Virus record (IMG/VR): IMGVR_UViG_3300008267_009201
Span: 1-55,910 of that record
DNA: 55,910 nucleotides
Strand: one strand, 5' to 3'
From: a virus
Taxonomy: Duplodnaviria > Caudoviricetes
Below, in pieces: positions 36,692 through 46,186 of this stretch (positions are counted from its first letter, which is position 1; each line of letters opens with the position of its first letter). The notes beneath the pieces were generated by a model. It was not told the origin of the DNA. It did no database searches and saw only the letters and a program-made list of their open reading frames with translations. The position numbers were made by a program, and so were the translations under genes.

Positions 36692-37569
36692 AATTACTTT
36701 TTAAATTTGATTTTGCAAATGGATGGGGAGATACTTTTTTAAGTCTATTTGATATTGTAAATTGTATAAATTATGTAAAAGAAAATTACCCAAATTTTTA
36801 TATAATATTTTTGATAAATGACAATAATTCTGTAGATACACTAAAGTTAGTTTTAGATTTTGAATTTTTCAATCAAATTTCTGACGAATTTAATGTTTTG
36901 TCTAAAGATAGTTTATTTAAAAATTTGAATGGTATTGGTTGGTATAAAAACGAAAAATTTAGTAGAATTTATTCAGGTAGAAATGAAGACACTAAAAATA
37001 ATATACCGGGTATATTTGATGTTTTTTGCTTAGAATCTAATTTGAATGAAATAATAAATTTAAATATCCCATTTTTAAACTTCACGTTTAACGATATTGA
37101 TGATAGAGTAGAATATTTCCCAATCTTTAACAAAAATTTAATTAATTTAGCTAATGATTTTATAAAAGATAATTTTAACAGTGGATTTGAATCTATATAT
37201 TTCAGAGCCTTAAATCCTTTAAATTATGAAAATATAGATTCATTTAAAAATAAATTATCTAAATTTGTATCTAAAGAAAAAAAATATTTTATGTGTTCGA
37301 ACTCTTCATTAGTAAAAAAAATAATATTAGATGAAGGGTATAATGTTATATTTTTTAGAAATTTTAAAGACCACAATTTAGACCACATTCCTAATGGATT
37401 TACTGTTTTTGGTCAGACTGTAGAAGATGCGATTTTTCCAGTTACTGAAATGATTATATTAGGAGAATCATCAAAAATAATATACTCTGGAGATATACAA
37501 AATGTAAGTTTATTTAATTGGTACGCAATAAACATAAAAAAAGTTAATTTAGAAAATATAATATTATGA
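36688..37569 (+). CDS. Putative fucosyltransferase-like (GT-B; NodZ/O-FucT-like) protein
   Basis: NGWGD near the N-terminus, SIYFR, CSNS, EMIIL..S, S.F. Confidence 0.5.
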   Translation: MKLLFKFDFANGWGDTFLSLFDIVNCINYVKENYPNFYIIFLINDNNSVDTLKLVLDFEFFNQISDEFNVLSKDSLFKNLNGIGWYKNEKFSRIYSGRNEDTKNNIPGIFDVFCLESNLNEIINLNIPFLNFTFNDIDDRVEYFPIFNKNLINLANDFIKDNFNSGFESIYFRALNPLNYENIDSFKNKLSKFVSKEKKYFMCSNSSLVKKIILDEGYNVIFFRNFKDHNLDHIPNGFTVFGQTVEDAIFPVTEMIILGESSKIIYSGDIQNVSLFNWYAINIKKVNLENIIL

Positions 37570-38426
37570 ATATTTTAATTACAACATTAAGTTTAGGTTA
37601 TAATTACACAAAAGATTATTGTCTACGAATGATTGAGGATGTCTTATCAATGACTGATATTGACATATATATAACTACTGATTTTTCAAATTTAATTTAT
37701 GATAAATTTGGGAAAAATGACAGGATTAAAATAAATGAAATTAATAGGGATGACTTAAAAATTAGAATCCCTATAGGTCCTAATAAAGGTGCGGATGATT
37801 TTAATTTTAATATGAGGTATCTTTGTTTAGAACATGTGTCAAATATTCAAGACTCAGTGGTAATTTTTACAGATTGTGATAATTCATTTGATTGGTGGGA
37901 TAAAGAAGAAGTCATTAAATTTATTGAATTAAATGAACAAAATGGATTTGATTTTTTTGGACCTAGAACTGACTATAAACTAATTGATGTGTTTAAAGTT
38001 TTTAATACGAATTGTGCAATGAATCCATTAATTCATAATTTAGATTATGATAAATGTACTATTATGTGGCACAAATTATTTAATTACGATTTAGTAGATA
38101 TGAATACTTACACTGTAATAGATTTTGAAAATCACATTTGGAAAGATTCTCCATTACCCGCGGAATATTTATTAATTTTTAACAACAAAAATAATAAGTT
38201 ATATAAAATGGTTGAAAAGTGGAAATGGTTTCATGACTATTTGGTTAATAAGGATTATTCATTTGGTACTTGGGCCGAAGGTTTTGAAATTGGAGTCTCA
38301 GCAAATTATGCCGGATTCAAACCAAAAGATATAACATTTACACATCCATTATGGAATAAAATTTTCACACCAAATGGTTATAAGACAGGACCTAGAGGAG
38401 GAGTGGTACATGGGACTGAAAAATAA
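37566..38426 (+). CDS. Putative GT-A glycosyltransferase
   Basis: YITTD, FNFNMR, IFTDCD (DxD), W.EG.EIG. Confidence 0.55.
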   Translation: MNILITTLSLGYNYTKDYCLRMIEDVLSMTDIDIYITTDFSNLIYDKFGKNDRIKINEINRDDLKIRIPIGPNKGADDFNFNMRYLCLEHVSNIQDSVVIFTDCDNSFDWWDKEEVIKFIELNEQNGFDFFGPRTDYKLIDVFKVFNTNCAMNPLIHNLDYDKCTIMWHKLFNYDLVDMNTYTVIDFENHIWKDSPLPAEYLLIFNNKNNKLYKMVEKWKWFHDYLVNKDYSFGTWAEGFEIGVSANYAGFKPKDITFTHPLWNKIFTPNGYKTGPRGGVVHGTEK

Positions 38427-39363
38427 AATTGAAGAGATAATTATTTCGTATGACTACGGTTATAATGATTGGTATGTAACTGAATTTTATAAATTTTTTC
38501 ACAAAAAATTAAATGAAATTTTAAATGTTAATATCAAATTTGTCCCATTAAAAGATTTAGCGAAAAATATGGGTAAAGAATTTAATGACCATAGTGATAG
38601 TCTTTTTACTTGGTTTAATTTAATAATTATGAACACTAAAACAGGTAAAATGTTTGTTCATTCATGGTATGATTACGCCTTTACCACCTACTTGTATTGT
38701 GAAAAAAATAATTACAATGTTGTTAAATTTTCGGCATGTTCTAGTATAACTAATGAGTTTATAGAAAATCATAAAAATGTACAACCTTCAATATACTATT
38801 TAGAAAATTGGAGTGACCAAAATTTAATTAATTTTAACCCAAGTGGCTCTAAAAAAAATAATTGTTATTTTGCGGGATGGTCTCATGGAAATCGAGAAAA
38901 TATTTTAAATGAATTTAAAAAATATGATTTTTTTGACATTTTTTTAAAAGGTGGGGACAAACCAAATAAGACTAAAAAAGTTTATTATGACGACTTATCA
39001 AATTATAAATTTGGTCTCAGTTTAGACGGAGCTGCGGGGATATGTTATAGGGACATAGAGTTATTTGCGAGTGGGTCGTTAAATCTTAGACAACCAATTA
39101 AAATTAATACATACTCCCCAATTATTGAAGGAGTTCATTATGTGAATTTTGTAAATGAAGATTTAATATCTTCAATTATAAAAGGGTATAACGTTGAGTC
39201 TGAAATTAAAGAAAATATCGAGAAAATTATAGACTTTTCAAGTACAAGTGAATACAATTTAATTATTGATAACGCTAGAGAATGGTTTGAAAAAAATTGT
39301 TTACCTGATAATCAATTTAAAATTTTGTATTCCTTTTTAGATGAACTTGAAATATTATTTTAA
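38410..39363 (+). CDS. Putative GT-B glycosyltransferase (exostosin-like C-domain)
   Basis: YFAG...R, Y..DL..YKFGLSLDG....CYRDIE..A.G, GVHYV; likely start at 38410. Confidence 0.55.
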   Translation: MGLKNKIEEIIISYDYGYNDWYVTEFYKFFHKKLNEILNVNIKFVPLKDLAKNMGKEFNDHSDSLFTWFNLIIMNTKTGKMFVHSWYDYAFTTYLYCEKNNYNVVKFSACSSITNEFIENHKNVQPSIYYLENWSDQNLINFNPSGSKKNNCYFAGWSHGNRENILNEFKKYDFFDIFLKGGDKPNKTKKVYYDDLSNYKFGLSLDGAAGICYRDIELFASGSLNLRQPIKINTYSPIIEGVHYVNFVNEDLISSIIKGYNVESEIKENIEKIIDFSSTSEYNLIIDNAREWFEKNCLPDNQFKILYSFLDELEILF

Positions 39364-39365
39364 AT

Positions 39366-41042
39366 ATGTCATTAATTACATTAGTTACAGGTCTTTGGGA
39401 TTTAAAAAGAGACACATTGGGTGATGGGTGGGCGAGACCATTTAAATCACATTATTTAGAAAAATTTAAACAATTATTATCTGTTAATAATAACTTAATA
39501 ATATTTGGTGATAGTGAGTTAGAAAAATTTGTTTGGGAACATAGAACCCCTGAAAACACCCAATTCATATTAAGGGAGTTAAATTGGTTTAAAAATGAGT
39601 TTTACACTAAAATTCAAAATATAAGAAAAAATCCTGACTGGTTTAATCAATCAGGGTGGTTACCTGAATCCACCCAATCCAAACTTGAGATGTACAATCC
39701 ATTAGTTATGTCAAAAGTTTTTTTATTAAATGATGCTAAAATTTTAGATAACTTCAATTCTAAAAATTTATTTTGGATTGATGCAGGGATTACTAATACC
39801 GTACATATCGGATATTTTACTCATGATAATGTTTTAGAAAAAATATCTAAAAAAATTCAGAAATTTTCATTTGTTTGTTTTCCTTATGATACCAATAATG
39901 AAATTCATGGATTTACCTACCCTAAAATAAATGAGTGGGCAAATAATGATGTAAAGTTAGTTGCTAGAGGTGGATTTTTTGGGGGACCTAAAGAAACCAT
40001 AGGAGAAATAAATTCAATTTACTATGGATTAATGAATGACACCCTAACCCAAGGATATATGGGGACAGAAGAGTCAATATTTTCAATAATGGTGTATAAA
40101 TACCCAAAACTAATTAACTATTTTGAGATTGAGTCAAACGGTTTATTAGGTACCTTTTTTGAAAATGCTAAAAATGAAACATTAGAAATTAAAAACAAAT
40201 TACCATTAAATTTAACTAATAATTTTGATACAAATAAAACATCATTATACGTAATTGGTTTTAATAGTCCTAATCAATTAGAAACATTAATCAAGTCAAT
40301 GATTAGTTATGATGAGGACTTTATAAATAAACCAAAAAAATATTTATTAAATAACTCTACAGATAGAAGTACAGATGAAAAATATATAGAAATTTGTAAT
40401 CAGTTTAATTTTGAAATTATTTGGCCCAAAGAAAATCTTGGGATATGCGGAGGTAGACAATTTATTGCCGAACATTTTGAGAAAAGTGAAAATGATTACA
40501 TGTTTTTCTTTGAGGACGACATGTTTTTTTACCCTAAAGAGGGTGAAGTTTGTAGAAATGGATTTAACAGACATATTAAAAATTTATATCAAAAATCTTT
40601 AAACATAATTAAAAATTATAATTTTGATTTTTTAAAATTGAATTATAGTGAGTTTTTTGGGGATAACGGAACACAGTGGAGTTGGTATAACGTACCCCAA
40701 TCTTTCAGAGAACAACATTGGCCTGAAAAATCAAAATTACCTGAATTTGGTACTGACCCTAATTCTCCAAAAACTAAGTTCACCTCAATAACTTCATATG
40801 AGGGCATACCTGTTGCTACAGGTGAAATATTTTATTGTAATTGGCCTCAAGTGGTTTCAAAAAATGGGAACGTAAAAATGTTTTTAGAAACAACTTGGAC
40901 TCATCCGTATGAACAAACATGGATGAGTCACATGTTTCAAGAAACAATTAAAGGTAATTTAAATCCTGGATTGTTGTTATTGACTCCAACAGAACATAAT
41001 CGTTTTGAACATTACGATGGAAAACTAAGGAAAGAAAGTTAA
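39366..41042 (+). CDS. HtrL/WlaTC-like glycosyltransferase fused to a GT-A domain
   Basis: TLVTGLWD, SK.F, FWIDAG, GGFFGG and GTEE in the N-domain; NLGICGGR and FFEDD in the C-domain. Confidence 0.75.
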   Translation: MSLITLVTGLWDLKRDTLGDGWARPFKSHYLEKFKQLLSVNNNLIIFGDSELEKFVWEHRTPENTQFILRELNWFKNEFYTKIQNIRKNPDWFNQSGWLPESTQSKLEMYNPLVMSKVFLLNDAKILDNFNSKNLFWIDAGITNTVHIGYFTHDNVLEKISKKIQKFSFVCFPYDTNNEIHGFTYPKINEWANNDVKLVARGGFFGGPKETIGEINSIYYGLMNDTLTQGYMGTEESIFSIMVYKYPKLINYFEIESNGLLGTFFENAKNETLEIKNKLPLNLTNNFDTNKTSLYVIGFNSPNQLETLIKSMISYDEDFINKPKKYLLNNSTDRSTDEKYIEICNQFNFEIIWPKENLGICGGRQFIAEHFEKSENDYMFFFEDDMFFYPKEGEVCRNGFNRHIKNLYQKSLNIIKNYNFDFLKLNYSEFFGDNGTQWSWYNVPQSFREQHWPEKSKLPEFGTDPNSPKTKFTSITSYEGIPVATGEIFYCNWPQVVSKNGNVKMFLETTWTHPYEQTWMSHMFQETIKGNLNPGLLLLTPTEHNRFEHYDGKLRKES

Positions 41043-41069
41043 TCAGTATATTTATTGTAAAAACAATAA

Positions 41070-41438
41070 ATGGAATTTTATATTGGTCAAAATAGTAATT
41101 TACCTATTTTAAAAATGCAAGTCATTAAAGATGGTAAACATGATATTGACTCTATGTTACAACTTTTAGAAGAATCTGTTTTATATTTCTCAATGAAAGA
41201 TACTAAAAACGGAAATTATAAAATATTAAATTCTTCGGCAGGTTTTGTGGAAAAAGTTTTTTTAGAACCAAATTCTGATGTCGAGTATTATCTTTATTAT
41301 AAATTTTCAAAAAATGACACTTCTAAATCAGGTAGATTTGAGGGTGAGTTTTTATTAAAGTCTGAGAATGGGACACTTTTGTTACCAATAAGGGATAGAT
41401 TATTCATAAACGTTACTGAATCAACAATTATCACTTAA
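41070..41438 (+). CDS. Small BppU-N/Ig-like structural protein
   Basis: F.I....LP.L, Y.F...DT...G.FEGEF; paralogous to the N-terminus of the next gene. Confidence 0.6.
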   Translation: MEFYIGQNSNLPILKMQVIKDGKHDIDSMLQLLEESVLYFSMKDTKNGNYKILNSSAGFVEKVFLEPNSDVEYYLYYKFSKNDTSKSGRFEGEFLLKSENGTLLLPIRDRLFINVTESTIIT

Positions 41439-42961
41439 TGGAATTTTTTATTAAAAAAAATGCGACGTTACCATTGTTAAAGTTTGAAGTATTTCAAGAC
41501 GGAAGAAGTGACTATAACAATTTACAAAATTTAAGTGGAGTTTCATCCACCTATTTAACTTTGGTTGACCCATCAAATTCTGAAATAAAATTTGCCAGCA
41601 GACCGTGTTCAATTGTTACTGGTTATTCTGAATACGATGAAACACAAATAATTTACTTTGTTGAGTACCAATTTAAAAATAGTGAGACTAAAAAATTAGG
41701 TAGATATGAAGTTGAACTATCAGTAATTAATACTAACGGTACCGTAATATTTCCGTTAAAAGAAAAAGTTTTTGTTAATGTTATTGATAGCTTTTCAATA
41801 GACGGGTTTTCTTTTTCAAATAATTATGAGGTTGATTACCCGTGTTGTGAAGGTGCTCAACCCGACCCAACACCATCAAATACCCCAACACAAACTCCAA
41901 CACCGTCAAACACATCAACACCAAACCCATCACTAACCTCAACGCCTACGCAGACTACTACACCTTCCGTAACACCTACTAATACCGTTACACCTACTAA
42001 TACCGTTACACCTACAAAAACTCCGACTCAAACTGTAACCACAACTCCAACAACCACGCCAACAAATACTATAACACCAACAATAACTCCTACTAATAGT
42101 TCAACACCTCCTGTTAGTCCCTCAATGACTCCCACAAAGAGTGTAACTCCGACTATAACTACAACACCGTCAATTACTCCAACTACAACTGTAACCCCGT
42201 CAATAACTCCAACTACAACTATAACACCAACAGTTAGCCCATCTTACGTACCACCATCAGTGATTGTTTACTCTTTTGACAATAGTGGTGTGGTTTATTC
42301 GTACAATTTTGGAACTTCTACAGTTACAGATTTGAATCCTCCTCAAAACCCGTCAATAACTACAAAAAATTGGTTAGCATATGCAGATTCTAATGTTTTT
42401 TATACAAATAATGGTTATTCAGGATTTTACAAACAAAATAATGGAATTTCTAGTTCTACTACTTCAATAGGCATTGGTGGAGTTCCTGACCCTGGCTTTT
42501 GTGTGATACCTGGCCTGTTGTTAGCGTCAAGATATCATTTTTCCACAACACAAAAAACTATAGTTGGGGCACAAACAAGTGGATTTGGTGGGTCATTCAC
42601 ATTTAGAGGAAGACTACCGATAGATAGATATTGTAGTGGAGGTATGATTAGAAGTAATGGTTATAAATTAATAATAATAACAAGTAACTCATTAAATACA
42701 TCATCTTGGATAACTCAATACCCATTCCAAAATACTTCTAATGATTTGGTTCCTGAATTTGAAATTAATTTAACAAATATTATATCAAATCCTAGAGGGT
42801 TATTTGTTGCAAATAGTGAATTATATATTGCATCAAATTCAGGAGAAATTTACCATGTTCAAAAAACTTCACCATATACGATTACTTATGTTACTTCTAT
42901 AGGAAGAACCGTCAATGGAATCGCTCAAAACTCAACAAATTGGACAATGCAATTTAGTTAA
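41438..42961 (+). CDS. Structural/fibre-like protein: BppU-N-like domain, Pro/Thr mucin-like stalk, beta-rich head
   Basis: About 130 aa of TPTxT/TPSxT repeats between two globular domains. Confidence 0.7.
   Translation: MEFFIKKNATLPLLKFEVFQDGRSDYNNLQNLSGVSSTYLTLVDPSNSEIKFASRPCSIVTGYSEYDETQIIYFVEYQFKNSETKKLGRYEVELSVINTNGTVIFPLKEKVFVNVIDSFSIDGFSFSNNYEVDYPCCEGAQPDPTPSNTPTQTPTPSNTSTPNPSLTSTPTQTTTPSVTPTNTVTPTNTVTPTKTPTQTVTTTPTTTPTNTITPTITPTNSSTPPVSPSMTPTKSVTPTITTTPSITPTTTVTPSITPTTTITPTVSPSYVPPSVIVYSFDNSGVVYSYNFGTSTVTDLNPPQNPSITTKNWLAYADSNVFYTNNGYSGFYKQNNGISSSTTSIGIGGVPDPGFCVIPGLLLASRYHFSTTQKTIVGAQTSGFGGSFTFRGRLPIDRYCSGGMIRSNGYKLIIITSNSLNTSSWITQYPFQNTSNDLVPEFEINLTNIISNPRGLFVANSELYIASNSGEIYHVQKTSPYTITYVTSIGRTVNGIAQNSTNWTMQFS
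41861..42259 (+). repeat. Degenerate 18-bp coding repeat (T-P-[TS]-x-T-x)
   Basis: An exact tandem acacctactaataccgtt near 41972-42007, plus many degenerate copies. Confidence 0.85.
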
Positions 42962-42964
42962 CCA

Positions 42965-42996
42965 TTTGACAAATCTTTTTTATTAGATTAAATTTA
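42965..42996 (+). promoter_or_regulatory. Host-RNAP-type promoter for polB
   Basis: TTTG-20 nt-TAAATTTA (Bacteroidota -33/-7 spacing); also reads as TTGACA-17-TAAATT. Confidence 0.6.
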
Positions 42997-43003
42997 ACAA
43001 CAA

Positions 43004-43040
43004 GGTAAACTCCGACCTGCGATTCGGAAGCTAATATACC
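43004..43040 (+). promoter_or_regulatory. Structured 5' leader of polB (putative translational operator)
   Basis: tccga-cctgcgat-tcgga (5-bp stem, 8-nt loop) inside an outer ggta/tacc pairing; GC-rich in an AT-rich context. Confidence 0.45.
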
Positions 43041-43052
43041 AAAATTTAATTT

Positions 43053-45848
43053 ATGATATCTAACGAAGAAATTGAAAATTTCCTACAAGGAAATGATGAT
43101 GAAAAGTATATAATCGGTGTCGAATACGATTATGTTAAAGATTGTGTTTGGAAAATTATAGAACACCCTCTCCACGGAAAACAAATTAAAAAAGACACGT
43201 TTGTCCCATTTGCATGGGTTGGTGATTTACGTGGATTAAATTTTTACCAGTCCTCGAAAGCATTACAAAAAGAAGCAATGACTAAACATAAGATTGTCAT
43301 TGAAAAATTGCGTACAGATGGTAATGATAGGTTGGAAAGAGGTCTAACTTATATGGTTAAATCTTTAAATGGATACCGTTCTCTTATCCAATTCTTTAGA
43401 GATGGAGGTGTTGACCCTTGGGGTGAAAAAACAAAAGGATTAATTTTAATCTTACCTCCTGTTGAACAGTTTTTGGTCACAAAAGAAAAACGATTGTTCA
43501 AGGGGTTTGATGACTACAATAGTATCACAAGGTTTGTATTTGACTTGGAGACGACCGCATTGGAACCTAAAGACGGTCGTATCTTTATGATTGGAATGAA
43601 AACCAACAAAGGTTTTCGTGAAGTTATTGAATGCTCAACTGAAGAACAAGAAAGAGAAGGAATCATCAGATTCTTCAATGCAATTGATGAAATAAAACCA
43701 AGTATTATCGCATCTTACAATGGATTCAACTTCGACTGGTTTTGGATATTTGAAAGAGCTAAAGCATTAAAGTTGGATATTAAAAAGATTGCAAAAACTT
43801 TAAATCCTGCTAATCCAATTAAACAATCTGAAAGTATGTTGAAGTTGGCAAACGAGGTTGAAAGGTTTAACCAAACCTCAATGTGGGGTTACAATGTTGT
43901 GGATACATTACACGCAGTTAGGAGAGCACAAGCAATTAACTCATCTATTAAATCTGCGGGTTTGAAGTATATAACCCAATATATTAAAGCTGAAGCCCCT
44001 GACCGTGTTTATATTGACCATACAGATATTGGTCCGTTCTATGCGAAGAAAGAAGAGTTTTGGTTGAACATCCAAAATGGTAAGTATAAGAAAGTGGGGA
44101 TAGACCCCACAATTGACGAAGCTTGTTCAAAACACACAAACGTTTATATTAAAACAACAGGTGATGATTTGGTTGAGAGATATCTTGACGATGACTTGGA
44201 GGAAACTCTAACAGTGGATGAAGAATTCAATCAGGGCTCATTTCTACTTGCGTCTTTGGTACCAACGACATACGAAAGGGTTTCAACTATGGGAACGGCT
44301 ACATTGTGGGAAATCCAAATGAGAGCGTGGTCTTACAAACATAAATTGGCAATTCCTGCTAAAAATGAAAAGACAGATTTTGTGGGAGGGTTATCACGAC
44401 TACTTAAAGTAGGATTTTCAACCGATGTATTGAAACTTGACTTTTCGTCACTTTACCCATCAATTCAGTTGGTTCACGATGTATTCCCAACCTGTGATAT
44501 TACAGGTGCGATGAAAGGAATGTTAAATTACTTCCGTAACACTCGTATTAAGTATAAAAACTTGGCAAAGGAATATCAGGATATTGACAAAAAACAAGCA
44601 ACATCTTATGACCGTAAACAATTACCGATTAAGATTTTCATTAACTCAATGTTCGGGGCATTGTCCGCCCCACAAGTATATCACTGGGGTGACATGTATA
44701 TGGGTGAACAGATTACTTGTACAGGACGACAATACTTACGTCAGATGTTACGTTTCTTTATGAAACGAGGTTACACCCCACTTGTATGTGATACGGATGG
44801 TATGAACTTCTCTTTACCTGAAGGTGGTGTGGATGGTAGAACTTATATCGGTAAGGGTAACAATTGGTTGGTTAAAGAAGGTAAGGAATATAAGGGTTAT
44901 GATGCGGATGTTGCTGAGTTTAACGATATGTTTATGAAAGGTGCTATGGGTCTTGACTGTGATGGAACTTGGAAATCCTGTATGAACATTGCTCGTAAGA
45001 ACTATGCAACAATGGAACACAACGGAAAGATTAAACTTACAGGTAACTCAATCAAGAGTAAGAAACTACCTTTGTATATTGAGGATTTCTTGGATAAAGG
45101 AATTAAGATGTTGTTAGAAGGTAATGGACAAGATTTTGTTGAGTGGTATTATGAATACTTGGAAAAGATTTATAATAAACAAATTCCACTTATGAAGATA
45201 GCCCAAAGAGCAAAGGTTAAATTATCTATTGATGATTATAAGAAACGTTCAAAAGAAAAAACCAAAGCTGGTAATGAAATGTCACGTATGGCCCATATGG
45301 AATTGGCTATGAGAGATGGTATTGCGGTTAGTTTGGGGGATGTAATATTCTATGTAAATAATGGTATTAAAGCATCACACGGAGATGTTCAAAAAGTTAA
45401 CCGACCTAAGAAGGGATGGACACAATCTGATTTGGATAATATGATGGAAGGGTATGGTAAAATACCTAATGAAATGGTTGAATCATACGTAAAACTTAAT
45501 TGTTATCGTTTAGACCCAACAGAAGTTGAAAATAATCCAAATATGTTGGGAGAATACAATGTCCCAAGAGCTGTAGTGACATTTAACAAACGTATTGAAC
45601 CTTTATTAATTGTGTTTGGTGAAGAAGTTAGAAATAATCTAATTGTTGATGACCCAAGTAAACGTGGATTATTTACAAAAGAACAATGTAAATTAATCAA
45701 TGGTGTTCCATTTGAACCTGAAGACCAAGATAGTATTGAGGATTTATTAACAATTACTGAACAAGAAAAAATATATTGGGAAAAACGAGGAATTGACCCT
45801 GAGTATATCTATGAATTTGCAGAAGAAGGGTGGGAAGAAATGGTGTGA
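43053..45848 (+). CDS. polB: DNA polymerase family B
   Basis: Exonuclease motifs FDLETT, YNGFNFD and YLDDD; polymerase motifs DFSSLYPS, KIFINSMFG, DTDG and KNY. Confidence 0.95.
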   Translation: MISNEEIENFLQGNDDEKYIIGVEYDYVKDCVWKIIEHPLHGKQIKKDTFVPFAWVGDLRGLNFYQSSKALQKEAMTKHKIVIEKLRTDGNDRLERGLTYMVKSLNGYRSLIQFFRDGGVDPWGEKTKGLILILPPVEQFLVTKEKRLFKGFDDYNSITRFVFDLETTALEPKDGRIFMIGMKTNKGFREVIECSTEEQEREGIIRFFNAIDEIKPSIIASYNGFNFDWFWIFERAKALKLDIKKIAKTLNPANPIKQSESMLKLANEVERFNQTSMWGYNVVDTLHAVRRAQAINSSIKSAGLKYITQYIKAEAPDRVYIDHTDIGPFYAKKEEFWLNIQNGKYKKVGIDPTIDEACSKHTNVYIKTTGDDLVERYLDDDLEETLTVDEEFNQGSFLLASLVPTTYERVSTMGTATLWEIQMRAWSYKHKLAIPAKNEKTDFVGGLSRLLKVGFSTDVLKLDFSSLYPSIQLVHDVFPTCDITGAMKGMLNYFRNTRIKYKNLAKEYQDIDKKQATSYDRKQLPIKIFINSMFGALSAPQVYHWGDMYMGEQITCTGRQYLRQMLRFFMKRGYTPLVCDTDGMNFSLPEGGVDGRTYIGKGNNWLVKEGKEYKGYDADVAEFNDMFMKGAMGLDCDGTWKSCMNIARKNYATMEHNGKIKLTGNSIKSKKLPLYIEDFLDKGIKMLLEGNGQDFVEWYYEYLEKIYNKQIPLMKIAQRAKVKLSIDDYKKRSKEKTKAGNEMSRMAHMELAMRDGIAVSLGDVIFYVNNGIKASHGDVQKVNRPKKGWTQSDLDNMMEGYGKIPNEMVESYVKLNCYRLDPTEVENNPNMLGEYNVPRAVVTFNKRIEPLLIVFGEEVRNNLIVDDPSKRGLFTKEQCKLINGVPFEPEDQDSIEDLLTITEQEKIYWEKRGIDPEYIYEFAEEGWEEMV

Positions 45849-45850
45849 GA

Positions 45851-46183
45851 TTAATCTTTAACACCATCAGATGAAATAATATACCAAGTGTTGAATACAA
45901 AACATAATTCAACACTTGCCCCTTTCCCAATTATCATATCGTCAAACTCCCTGTCTATTTTATATTTATCGGGTAAAATTCTAGTTTCAGTTAACGCTTT
46001 AATAATTACATGGTCACACAAATCCGAATTTAATCTGATAAGTACTTGGTCAGAGTCTGCGGTTATAACTAAAAATTCACCACTAGGGGTATATTCGGGT
46101 TCGCTTGTAATTACTTTTGTTGAGACTAATTTTTCAATTCCGTTAATTATTCTTTTTTCAGGTTGTGTTTTTAATGTTCCCAT
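45851..46183 (-). CDS. Hypothetical protein
   Basis: 110-aa beta-rich ORF co-oriented with the neck gene. Confidence 0.65.
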   Translation of the reverse strand: MGTLKTQPEKRIINGIEKLVSTKVITSEPEYTPSGEFLVITADSDQVLIRLNSDLCDHVIIKALTETRILPDKYKIDREFDDMIIGKGASVELCFVFNTWYIISSDGVKD

Positions 46184-46186
46184 AAA

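Noticed and set aside
41861-42259. CRISPR array or DGR-type repeats
   Set aside because: These are degenerate in-frame coding repeats with no unique spacers; no cas or reverse-transcriptase gene is in the window.
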